Origin: Candidatus Zhuqueibacterota bacterium
Lineage (GTDB): Bacteria > Zhuqueibacterota > Zhuqueibacteria > Oceanimicrobiales > Oceanimicrobiaceae
Length of the DNA: 64,000 nt
Direction of reading: 5' to 3'
NCBI GenBank assembly: GCA_029261995.1
Contig: JAJDAF010000010.1
Coordinates: 196,767-260,766 of the forward strand
The position numbers and the translations under genes are program-made. Under the pieces are notes generated by a model. That model was not told where the DNA came from. It saw only the letters and a list, made by a program, of their open reading frames with translations, and did not search any database. Shown here in pieces: positions 9,674-18,541 of this stretch. Position 1 is the stretch's first letter. Every line of letters begins with the position of its first letter.

Positions 9674-9988
9674 ATGGGGGCAACTCTGCTGGTCATCTCA
9701 GTGGGCGCCTTGTTGATGATGTGGTTCATCGATTTTTTCACCTCCTGGTACGCACGGTTCCTGAGCCGCTGGATGCCGTATCCTCGCATCCGAGTGTTGC
9801 TCGGGCAATTGGTTTGGGCCCTCTTGGCGGTCATTTTTTGGTATATCCTTTTCACCAGACATCTGCCGGACCTGCACAACCCCACCTATTTTTTCTTCGT
9901 CATTTTTATCTACAGTGTCCGCGGCCTGGTTGAGTCACTGGTCAAGGGCAGAAAGCACAGTTCATCCGCGGATGATTCGGCGGCGTAG
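9674..9988 (+). CDS. Small hypothetical membrane protein (about 3 TM)
   Basis: RBS GGGAG, three hydrophobic segments, fills the intergenic gap. Confidence 0.65.
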   Translation: MGATLLVISVGALLMMWFIDFFTSWYARFLSRWMPYPRIRVLLGQLVWALLAVIFWYILFTRHLPDLHNPTYFFFVIFIYSVRGLVESLVKGRKHSSSADDSAA

Positions 9989-10064
9989 CTTCCAGCGAAA
10001 TTTGATTGCATTTGGAAGCAGCAGGTATTATCTTGTGCCAGTTGCTTAATGAAAATGCAGGTTG

Positions 10065-11387
10065 ATGGAACAACTACTCCAAGTCTTCATAATTTTCCTC
10101 TTCGTCTTCCTAAACGGTTTCTTTGTTGCTGCCGAATTCGCGATTATCAAAGTGCGCGGCTCGCAAATCGAACCTCTCGCCCAAAAGGGCAGCGCCTCCG
10201 CAAAGACCGCCAAGCGCATTCTCGCGAACCTGGATGCCTATCTCTCCGCCTGCCAGGTAGGGATCACCTTTGCTAGTCTGGCGCTTGGCTGGGTCGGCGA
10301 ACCGTATGTGGCCGGGATGTTGGAACCGATTTTTGTCAGCCTCGGCATTTCCGCGGAAGCGGTGGTTCACAGCATTTCCTTTGTCGTTGCGTTTACCATC
10401 ATAACCTACCTTCACATTGTTTTAGGTGAGATGGCGCCAAAATCCCTTTCCATTCGTTTGGCTGAGAAGACGACTATTCTGGTCGCAATTCCGCTCGACA
10501 TCTTCTATAAGGTATTCAAACCGTTCATCATCTTTCTGAATAAGTCAGCCTTGATTATTCTCAAACTGGTCGGCGTCAACCCATCGGAAGAAGGGCAGGA
10601 TGCGCTCTCCGGTGACGAATTGAAGCTCGTCTTTGCCCATTCTGAAAAAAGCGGCCACTTGACCGAGCGGGAAGTTGAGATCATGCAAAATGTGCTGGCG
10701 CTGCATGATAAGACCGCGAAACAGATCATGATTCCCAGAACTGCCGTGACCTATCTGTCAACCACAAACACTTTTACAGAGAATCTCACGATCACGCAGG
10801 AGGACCAGCACACCCGCTATCCGCTCTGTACTGGTGATCTCGACCATGTCATCGGCATGGTGCACATCAAGGACGTGCTGGCCGCAACCGCGCGACGTGA
10901 AAAAGGACTGCGGATGGCAAAACTCAAGCGGGACGTAATATTTTATCCTGAGAGCATTACGCTGGACGCACTTTTTCGGGAATTCCAGCGTACCAAGCTG
11001 CACATGTCCGTCTTGATAGACGAGTATGGCGGAACCACTGGCATCGTTACCCTTGAGGACGTCCTTGAAGAGCTTGTCGGTGAGATCTATGATGAGTTCG
11101 ACCAGCCGGTCGCCTTTGTTCGCCAGGTAGGGCGGCGGGAGTTCAGCCTCGACGGCTTATGCCCGGTGAAAATGTGTGAACAGAAGTTGGGTGTGAAGCT
11201 GCCGGACTATGGCGTTGAGACGGTTGGCGGAGTCGTTTTCAGCCTGGCAGGTCACATTCCCAAATCTGGCCACAAGCTGGAATTCGACGGAGGTGTATTT
11301 GTGGTTGAGTCTATCGACCGGCAGAGAATAGCGCGCGTGCGGCTCATCCTTCAGGACGAAAAAACAGAAGTTGCCAATCCCGAGTAG
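10065..11387 (+). CDS. HlyC/CorC (CNNM) family transporter, DUF21-CBS-CorC
   Basis: NGFFVAAEFA, LGEMAPK, IMIPRT, HTRYP, DEYGGTTGIVTLEDVLEELVGEI. Confidence 0.95.
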   Translation: MEQLLQVFIIFLFVFLNGFFVAAEFAIIKVRGSQIEPLAQKGSASAKTAKRILANLDAYLSACQVGITFASLALGWVGEPYVAGMLEPIFVSLGISAEAVVHSISFVVAFTIITYLHIVLGEMAPKSLSIRLAEKTTILVAIPLDIFYKVFKPFIIFLNKSALIILKLVGVNPSEEGQDALSGDELKLVFAHSEKSGHLTEREVEIMQNVLALHDKTAKQIMIPRTAVTYLSTTNTFTENLTITQEDQHTRYPLCTGDLDHVIGMVHIKDVLAATARREKGLRMAKLKRDVIFYPESITLDALFREFQRTKLHMSVLIDEYGGTTGIVTLEDVLEELVGEIYDEFDQPVAFVRQVGRREFSLDGLCPVKMCEQKLGVKLPDYGVETVGGVVFSLAGHIPKSGHKLEFDGGVFVVESIDRQRIARVRLILQDEKTEVANPE

Positions 11388-11450
11388 AGAAGCGCGTTTA
11401 ACAAGCCGGCGTGGCTGGTTTACCTGGCCGGGCACTCTCCACTTCTACCC

Positions 11451-11969
11451 CTACTCATAGTACAAGTATTTTCTCCAGTAATGATTGTCGCGTGCTTTCG
11501 CGCGCACCAAATGTAGGTAGAAGTAGCTGCTCAGTGGCCGTGGCTTGTTTATCAGCACCATGTCAGCTTCCTTTGGCGTGCGGTCACCCTTGTTGCAATT
11601 GCACTTTTTGCAGCACGTGACCAGATTCTCCCAGGATGACTTGCCACCGCGCGACTGCGGCAGAATGTGGTCCAGCGTCAGTGACTGCGGCGGCTGCGTT
11701 GTACCGCAGTATTGGCACATATGGCTGTCGCGCTGGAAGATGTGACCCTTCGAGTAGGCTCTCTTTCGGTAAGGAATCTTAATGTAGTGAATGAGGCGAA
11801 TAACAGCTGGGACCGGGAAAGCGACTGAAGGGGAGTGCAACATCAGCGGCGTATTTTGCTCGCTCTGCGCAACACCTTTTACGATCAGCACAATGGCGCG
11901 TCTGGCATCACAAACGTGGATGGGTTCGTAGCTGGCGTTCAGTACCAGTACCTGGGTATACATGCGCAT
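11451..11969 (-). CDS. HNH endonuclease (McrA-like family)
   Basis: VLVLNASYEP, RD..CQYCG, LTLDHILPQSRGG, WENLVTCCKKCN. Confidence 0.92.
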   Translation of the reverse strand: MRMYTQVLVLNASYEPIHVCDARRAIVLIVKGVAQSEQNTPLMLHSPSVAFPVPAVIRLIHYIKIPYRKRAYSKGHIFQRDSHMCQYCGTTQPPQSLTLDHILPQSRGGKSSWENLVTCCKKCNCNKGDRTPKEADMVLINKPRPLSSYFYLHLVRAKARDNHYWRKYLYYE

Positions 11970-12044
11970 CGACCTTCGGCTTGTGGTCTGAGTTGATACG
12001 AAATTTAAAGATTTCAGTCGTTTTAGTCAAGCCCTTCTTTTCGC

Positions 12045-12073
12045 TTGCAATTCTTAGTCGAAAGCAGTAAAAT
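12045..12073 (+). promoter_or_regulatory. sigma70-type promoter preceding the long trkA leader
   Basis: TTGCAA-N17-TAAAAT. Confidence 0.55.
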
Positions 12074-12084
12074 ATACGCCTTTT

Positions 12085-12350
12085 ATGAGCCGGGTAGACG
12101 CAATTTCGAGCGTAACTGACCTGGACGGCGCCCATTCACCTGACAGCGCGAGCTATTCTCGCAGCCAATACGGTGGCGACGACACGGTCGCAGTTTTATA
12201 GGGTTTACAGTCTGGTGTGCGATGGTTGCGGTTGGGCCGGCCCGCATCAGGGCTATCACGCACTTTGAAGTTACCCAATAAGATGTTTATGGCGGCCCTT
12301 ACCGTGGCCCTAAGCGTGTTCAGCGCTTGATGACGCCTGCGCACTGAACA
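12085..12350 (+). ncRNA. Structured 5' leader / candidate cis-regulatory RNA upstream of trkA
   Basis: About 285 nt between promoter and TTG start with several stems (GCGAG/CTCGC, GCGAC/GTCGC, GTGTGCGATGGT/GCTATCACGCAC, TGTTCAG/CTGAACA); family not identified. Confidence 0.35.
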
Positions 12351-12365
12351 ACGGAGACTGTTAGT

Positions 12366-13712
12366 TTGCGGATTCTTGTGATCGGCTGTGGCGAAGTTGG
12401 ATTCCATCTCGCCAGGCTTTTTTCGCGCGAGGCCCACGACGTCGTGATGGTCGAGCCCAACAAAGATAAAATCGCCCGCGCCCGCGAAATGCTCGATATT
12501 CTCGTTATCGAGGGTAGCGGTTCGAGCGTCGAGACCTTGATCAAGGCAGGGATAAAGACCACCGATCTGGTCATCGCGGTTTCTGCGATTGATGAAGTCA
12601 ATATCGTGGCCTGCATGATGGCAGGCAAGCTGGGCGTGGGCAAGAAGATCGCACGCGTGCGTAACCAGGATTTTGCCCACCAGGATGCGATTCTGACCGC
12701 CGAACAGTTGGGAATCGATCTGATCATCAACCCTGAGCTTGAGACCGCGCAGGAAATCGTCTGGCTCATCCGCCGTTCGGCTGCGACCGATGTCATCGAG
12801 TTCGCCGACGGGGCCATCCAGCTTGTCGGCTTAAGACTTGACTCCAAAGCAGGTCTCAGCCACAAACAATTGCGCGATGTCAGCGTCAGCATTCCAGAAC
12901 TCACTTTTCGAACGGTTGCCATTGTGCGCAACGGCCGGACCATTATTCCAACTGGTGAAGACTATTTTCAGCCCGGCGACCAGATTTTTGCCGTGTCGAA
13001 AACTGAGTCAGTGCCTGAGTTGCTCGACCTTTGTGGTAAGACCAATGAGAGCATCGATAAACTGATGATTCTCGGCGGCGGAAAAGTCGGGCGGCATGTG
13101 GCCAGAGAGCTTGAGAATGACAAAGGGCTGTCCATCAAACTGATTGAATCGAACCAAAGCAAGTCAGAATTTGTTGCTGAACAACTTCGAAGGACGCTGG
13201 TGATTCAGGGAGATGGTACGGACGTAGACCTGCTGGCATCAGAGGGCATTATTGACCAGGATGCGTTCATCTCCGTCACTGATGATGAGGAGTCCAACAT
13301 CATTACTTCTCTGCTCGCACGACATTTGGGTGTGCGGCGCACTGTGACGCTGGTCCAGCGGGCGACTTACATTCCACTCATGAGCTCAATCGGTCTCGAT
13401 GCAACCGTTGACAAGAGCATCATTACCGCGAACGCCATCGCCCGCTTTATTCACCGGGCCGAAGTGGTTTCGGTAGCACGCCTGCGCGGCGTTGATGCCG
13501 AGGCAATTGAACTTGTCGCTCGCAGCGGCTCTGCCATCACCAGGAAACCCTTGCAAAAATTGAAATTCCCGGAAGGCGCCATCATTGGGGCGGTCAACCG
13601 CGGTGGTGATGTCTTCGTGCCGGTCGGAAACACGGTGATTCAACCGAAAGATAAAGTCGTCGTCTTTGCACTGCCGAGGTCCGTGGCCAGTGTGGAAAAG
13701 ATATTCGGATAG
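12366..13712 (+). CDS. trkA: Trk potassium uptake system NAD-binding subunit
   Basis: Two RCK_N/RCK_C pairs: IGCGEVG and LGGGKVG; RBS GGAG. Confidence 0.96.
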   Translation: MRILVIGCGEVGFHLARLFSREAHDVVMVEPNKDKIARAREMLDILVIEGSGSSVETLIKAGIKTTDLVIAVSAIDEVNIVACMMAGKLGVGKKIARVRNQDFAHQDAILTAEQLGIDLIINPELETAQEIVWLIRRSAATDVIEFADGAIQLVGLRLDSKAGLSHKQLRDVSVSIPELTFRTVAIVRNGRTIIPTGEDYFQPGDQIFAVSKTESVPELLDLCGKTNESIDKLMILGGGKVGRHVARELENDKGLSIKLIESNQSKSEFVAEQLRRTLVIQGDGTDVDLLASEGIIDQDAFISVTDDEESNIITSLLARHLGVRRTVTLVQRATYIPLMSSIGLDATVDKSIITANAIARFIHRAEVVSVARLRGVDAEAIELVARSGSAITRKPLQKLKFPEGAIIGAVNRGGDVFVPVGNTVIQPKDKVVVFALPRSVASVEKIFG

Positions 13713-15155
13713 ATGGATATCAAGGCCGTTTTGCATGTTCTCGGCGCCTTGCTGGTTTCAATTGGCGCTTCATTGCTCATCCCCATTGGCGTCTGCCTCA
13801 TCTATAACGATGGCGGGTTGCACGCCTTCATCATTTCCTTCCTGATCATCGTGACTGTTGGCCTGCTGCTCTGGCTCAAGACCCCGGCCGACCGTGAAGT
13901 TCAGGTGAGGGAAGGGTTCGCGATCGTCACCTTTGGCTGGATTGCGCTGGCAGGTTTCGGCGCACTGCCGTTTGTGCTCGCCTCTTCGGGTATCTCCTAC
14001 ACTGACGCCTTCTTCGAGACCATGTCGGGGTTTACCACCACCGGCGCTACTATTCTGTCAGATGTTGAGGCCCTGCCGCATGGCCTGCTTTTCTGGAGAA
14101 GTTTCACGCACTGGCTTGGTGGCATGGGAATCATTTTACTCTCCCTGGCCATCCTGCCCATGCTTGGCGTTGGCGGCATGCAGCTCTTCAAGGCCGAAGT
14201 ACCCGGCCCGTCCGTCGATAAACTGAAACCGCGCATCCAGACCACGGCCAAGATTCTGTGGGGCGTTTACCTTTTCTTCTCGGTAGCAGAGACAGTTTTG
14301 CTTAGACTCGGCGGGATGAATCTATTCGACGCCCTTTGCCACACTTTTGGCACCATGGCGACCGGTGGCTTTTCCACAAAAAATGCTGGAATAAGCCATT
14401 TTGATAGCGCATATATTGAGTACGTGATCTCGATATTCATGGTCCTGGCCGGAGCCAATTTTGCGTTGCACTATCGCGCACTGCGCGGGCAGCTCAGCAG
14501 TTACCACAGGAACGCGGAGTTCAGGTTTTATGTTGGCATCATTGTCGCTGTCACGCTGTTCCTGACATTCAGTTTGCGTTCCAGTCATTTCGACAGTTAC
14601 AGCCAATCGTTGCAGAAGTCCGTGTTCCATGTCGTGAGCCTGATGACCACGACCGGCTTTCACTCTGCGGATTACGAAATGTGGTCGATTTCTGCTCAAT
14701 TCTTGCTCATCATGTTGATGTTTGTTGGCGGGTGCGCCGGTTCCACAGGTGGAGGCATTAAGGTGGTGCGAATCTTCATCGCAATCAAGTATTCGGCGAC
14801 TCAACTTAAGAAGCTCGTCCACCCTCATGCTGTGATTCCGCTACGGCTTGGGCAGACGTCAGTTGCTCGCGAAGCTGCTTCTGGGGTCATGGATTTTCTG
14901 TTGATTTACTTCTTCATCTTTGCCGCGGGGTCCTTCGCGATGACTCTGTTCGGACTCGACCTGGTGACATCGGTCAGTACAGTGATCTCGACTCTGGGGA
15001 ACATTGGGCCAGGCATCGGCACCATCGGTCCGACGGAGAATTTTGCCCACATTCCGGCGGCAGGCAAGTGGTTGTTGAGTCTGCTGATGCTGGTCGGGCG
15101 CCTTGAGATTTTTACCGTCCTGGTTATTTTCAGTCGACATTTCTGGATAAAATAA
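13713..15155 (+). CDS. trkH: Trk potassium uptake membrane subunit
   Basis: FETMSGFTTTGA, ATGGFS, TTTGF, GSTGGGIK, LGNIGPG, GRLEI. Confidence 0.96.
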   Translation: MDIKAVLHVLGALLVSIGASLLIPIGVCLIYNDGGLHAFIISFLIIVTVGLLLWLKTPADREVQVREGFAIVTFGWIALAGFGALPFVLASSGISYTDAFFETMSGFTTTGATILSDVEALPHGLLFWRSFTHWLGGMGIILLSLAILPMLGVGGMQLFKAEVPGPSVDKLKPRIQTTAKILWGVYLFFSVAETVLLRLGGMNLFDALCHTFGTMATGGFSTKNAGISHFDSAYIEYVISIFMVLAGANFALHYRALRGQLSSYHRNAEFRFYVGIIVAVTLFLTFSLRSSHFDSYSQSLQKSVFHVVSLMTTTGFHSADYEMWSISAQFLLIMLMFVGGCAGSTGGGIKVVRIFIAIKYSATQLKKLVHPHAVIPLRLGQTSVAREAASGVMDFLLIYFFIFAAGSFAMTLFGLDLVTSVSTVISTLGNIGPGIGTIGPTENFAHIPAAGKWLLSLLMLVGRLEIFTVLVIFSRHFWIK

Positions 15156-15163
15156 ACCGCGCT

Positions 15164-16417
15164 ATGAGCACACGTTTCGGCGTTGGTCCAGCGTTGGTGG
15201 CCGGCGTCACAATTATGTTCGCTTTGTTTGCCAGAATCGATCCGGCGTTGGCGCAGAAAGTCGGCACAGATTCTCGGCGTCACGTGGTTGTCGGTGGTTT
15301 AGCCGGCAGGATAGACTTCAGGGAGTTGCGCCTGCTGACCAGCCAAGGTTATGTTCGTCTCACGGGCGAAGGAAATGGCAAGCCTTTCTCTCTCGGCATG
15401 AGAAATAAAAATCAGGTCACCGTACGATATCATGATTTTGGTTTGGAGGATTTCAACCCGAATACGGTAACCATCAAACTGTACGCGAGTGAGCGTGCTT
15501 TGATGTCGGCGCTCATCCTCGAAGATGTGGATGTTGCGGTTCTGGAAAGCGAGGCCTCCGCGCTAGAGATTCGCAAGTCGAACAATCACTACTTGACTCT
15601 GCCCATTCCCATGGAGCAGAACAACGTCAAGATGGTCCTCTACAACCATCGCAACCCGCTTTTCTCCTCATCGAAGATTCGAGGGGCCATTTCGCTGGGT
15701 ATCGACCACGGGTACATTATCAACAAGATCATTCAGGGAGGCAAAGCCACGATCGCCAAGGGGCCTTTTGACGAGAATTCATCGCTGTTTAACTCGGGCA
15801 TGAAATCGTACAAATACAATCCCCGCCTTGCGCTGCAAACGCTGGCCAATTTAGGATGGCGCGACAGCAACCGCGATGGCATCATTGAAAAAAACGGCCG
15901 GCCGTTTGTGATGGAGTTGTTTTATCAAAAGGGCGTGCGGCTCGATGAAGCCATCTCTCGGATCATCAAAATAAACCTGATCAGGCTTGGAATCGATGTC
16001 CATCCACGGCCTTTAACAAAGGCTGAACTCAACGACCGGATGGCCTCCGGCGATTTTGATGCGGTGCTGGCGGACCATGTGTTTGAGGCCGGCGTTGAGA
16101 GTCTGCGCGCTGTGTTTTCCACCGGAGGCAAGGAAAACTATGCCGGATATCGCAGCGTTACTTTCCAGCGCTATCTTGGCTTCTACGACAGCGCCTCCGA
16201 CCGAAAACGCAAAATAACTCTGGTTAAAAGTATGCAAAGCGTCCTGAACCAGGACCAGCCGGCGACTTTTCTCTATTTCAAGTGGAACACCCACTACATC
16301 GTCAACGTTCGGCGCTTTGCCAACTACCGGCATCTATCCGGTCAGAAGAGCGGTAAGATCCGTCCATTTGAACAGTGGATCGTCAAGCCCGTTTTTGATG
16401 CAACACGGGAGAAGTAG
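15164..16417 (+). CDS. Family-5 (OppA/AppA-like) solute-binding protein, atypical short N-terminus
   Basis: Signal peptide; PLFS..KIRGAISLGID, YKYNP..A, GWRDSNRDGIIEKNGRPF, MQSVLNQDQP. Confidence 0.75.
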   Translation: MSTRFGVGPALVAGVTIMFALFARIDPALAQKVGTDSRRHVVVGGLAGRIDFRELRLLTSQGYVRLTGEGNGKPFSLGMRNKNQVTVRYHDFGLEDFNPNTVTIKLYASERALMSALILEDVDVAVLESEASALEIRKSNNHYLTLPIPMEQNNVKMVLYNHRNPLFSSSKIRGAISLGIDHGYIINKIIQGGKATIAKGPFDENSSLFNSGMKSYKYNPRLALQTLANLGWRDSNRDGIIEKNGRPFVMELFYQKGVRLDEAISRIIKINLIRLGIDVHPRPLTKAELNDRMASGDFDAVLADHVFEAGVESLRAVFSTGGKENYAGYRSVTFQRYLGFYDSASDRKRKITLVKSMQSVLNQDQPATFLYFKWNTHYIVNVRRFANYRHLSGQKSGKIRPFEQWIVKPVFDATREK

Positions 16418-16430
16418 CCTTCTCATTCCC

Positions 16431-18227
16431 ATGGCACGATATCGTCCAAATATAAGAATTCGACACCGACTGCTGACCAGGTTGCTGGTCTCGCATATCC
16501 TCATTGTCTCGCTTCCGTTGTTCATTACGGGGAAAGTACTCGTTGACACGGCGCAGGATTCTATCAAGAATACGATTCTTACCAGAAATTTTGAGTTCGC
16601 CAACCGCTCAACTCGGTTTATTGATCTGAAGCTAAACACCGCTCGGGATCTGGTCAAGAGCCAGGCGAAATTTCAATCCATGTTTGAGATGACACGCAGC
16701 AAGCAGGAACTGGCGATCAATACGCTGGTCAATGAGTTTGATCTTTTTGACCAGATTTCTGTCATCGACACTCTGGGCCACCTGATTGCCTCGACTTCTT
16801 TCGACGACATTGCTTCCAAGAAACTGGGCAGCAACGGCATGGTGGCCTCGATTCTGGCATCCTTCAAAGCTGGCGTCGGCTACCGCACGAGTGTATACAT
16901 CTCCGAGGCCGAACGACTGCCCATGCTGGATATCGCCGAACCCATAACGCTATTCAACGATGTCGTCGGCATTCTATACGCCATCGTCGATCTGAAAGCG
17001 ATGTGGGACATCGTGGACCAGAACAAGATAGGCAAGCGCGGTGAGTCGTTCATCTTTGACCGCAACGGTGTTTTCATCGCACATTCTGACCGCAAGAATG
17101 TCTACTCGAAGCGGCGATTTGTCAATCCGGAAATCGTGAGCAAGATCAGAGAAGGCGAGAGTGGCCAGCAAATCTACACACCGGCCGGCGGCGAGGAGAT
17201 GGTAGCCGCTTATGCGCCGATTGGCAATTTCGGCTGGGGCGCCATGTTGCAGCAACCGACTTCCGAGGCGTTTGAGCCAGCACGCCGCATGCGATTCCGT
17301 GTCATCCAGTTCATGCTCATTAGTGTCCTTTTCGCATCCATGCTTGCGTATTTCTACTCCAAACTCATCGTCACGCCTGTCAACCACCTGGTTTCCGGTA
17401 TCCAGCGTTTTTCGCGCGGCGAGCTGACCTACCGAATCTCTGAAGTCGCAGATGATGAGATTGGCGAGTTAGCAAAGAATTTCAACAATATGGCCGAACG
17501 CCTAATCGAATTTCAGGAGAAACTCAAACGCACGGAAGTACTGGAAGCACTGAGCAAGCTGGCATCGGTTCTGTCTCACGAGATTCGGAATCCCCTCAAC
17601 TCGATGGTTATTAATATGCAAATTCTCAAGCGCGAGTTGTCGCGTGAGCAAGTCAACAAGGAGAGGGTGGAGAAGTTATATGGAATCCTTGAGTCTGAGA
17701 TCCGGAGGGTTGATCAGCTTGTAACTGATTTTCTGCTCATCGCACGGCCACCGAAAATGGAAAAGAGCGAGATCGCAATCAATGAACTCATTGATGAGGT
17801 CGTTATGACCCAGGTGGCGGACTCGCTCAACAAGGGTATCAGAATCGAGCGGGAGTATAAAAAGACCCCGCTGCACGCATTTGTCGATGGCGCCAAGATC
17901 CGGCAGGTTTTTCTCAATCTAACCATAAACGCAATTCAGGCGATGCCGGGCGGAGGCCGCCTGAAGGTTGAGCTGCGTGAAGCCGCCAAGTCGTCAAGCC
18001 CGCTGCGACGCAAATCAGTGGTCATCCTGTTTTCCGATACCGGTCAAGGAATTGACAAGGCAGATTTGGATAAGATTTTCGATTTCTATTATTCGACGAA
18101 GACCAGCGGCACCGGAATCGGGCTGGCGATTGTGCAACGAATCATTGACGAGCATCAGGGTCGGATTACCGTGAAGAGCAGCCATGGCAAAGGCACGACC
18201 TTTAAGCTTTATCTGCCGGTAGATTAG
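16431..18227 (+). CDS. Sensor histidine kinase (TM-dCache-TM-HAMP-HisKA-HATPase, NtrB-like)
   Basis: DEIGELA (HAMP), SHEIRNPLN H-box, NAIQAM, DTGQGI, GTGIGLAIV. Confidence 0.95.
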   Translation: MARYRPNIRIRHRLLTRLLVSHILIVSLPLFITGKVLVDTAQDSIKNTILTRNFEFANRSTRFIDLKLNTARDLVKSQAKFQSMFEMTRSKQELAINTLVNEFDLFDQISVIDTLGHLIASTSFDDIASKKLGSNGMVASILASFKAGVGYRTSVYISEAERLPMLDIAEPITLFNDVVGILYAIVDLKAMWDIVDQNKIGKRGESFIFDRNGVFIAHSDRKNVYSKRRFVNPEIVSKIREGESGQQIYTPAGGEEMVAAYAPIGNFGWGAMLQQPTSEAFEPARRMRFRVIQFMLISVLFASMLAYFYSKLIVTPVNHLVSGIQRFSRGELTYRISEVADDEIGELAKNFNNMAERLIEFQEKLKRTEVLEALSKLASVLSHEIRNPLNSMVINMQILKRELSREQVNKERVEKLYGILESEIRRVDQLVTDFLLIARPPKMEKSEIAINELIDEVVMTQVADSLNKGIRIEREYKKTPLHAFVDGAKIRQVFLNLTINAIQAMPGGGRLKVELREAAKSSSPLRRKSVVILFSDTGQGIDKADLDKIFDFYYSTKTSGTGIGLAIVQRIIDEHQGRITVKSSHGKGTTFKLYLPVD

Positions 18228-18541
18228 CCCTTTTTTTCATTCCCTATTTTTATCGATAGACTGCCGCAATCCGACAATCCGGTCATGATGGCGACGCTCC
18301 GGAGTCTCAATCCCCGAACGCTTACTCAGATCGCAACTCGTCAGCCAGCTTGAGATTGATTTCAGATGTCTTGGTATAAAATGTTCGCTATCGTCACATT
18401 TCGCCTTGATCGGAAAAGCGGCGATGCTTAGTTTAGTGAGCTATTGTGTTACGTGTTGGACGGGTCCGTTACGATTTCGGCTGACCCATAAACCCAAATC
18501 CATCAACTTGATTATTGGAGAACTGAGGAGCGGAGACGATC

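Noticed and set aside
11451..11969. HNH nuclease as a defence or mobile element
   Set aside because: Solitary member of a widespread chromosomal family; no methylase, repeats or intron context
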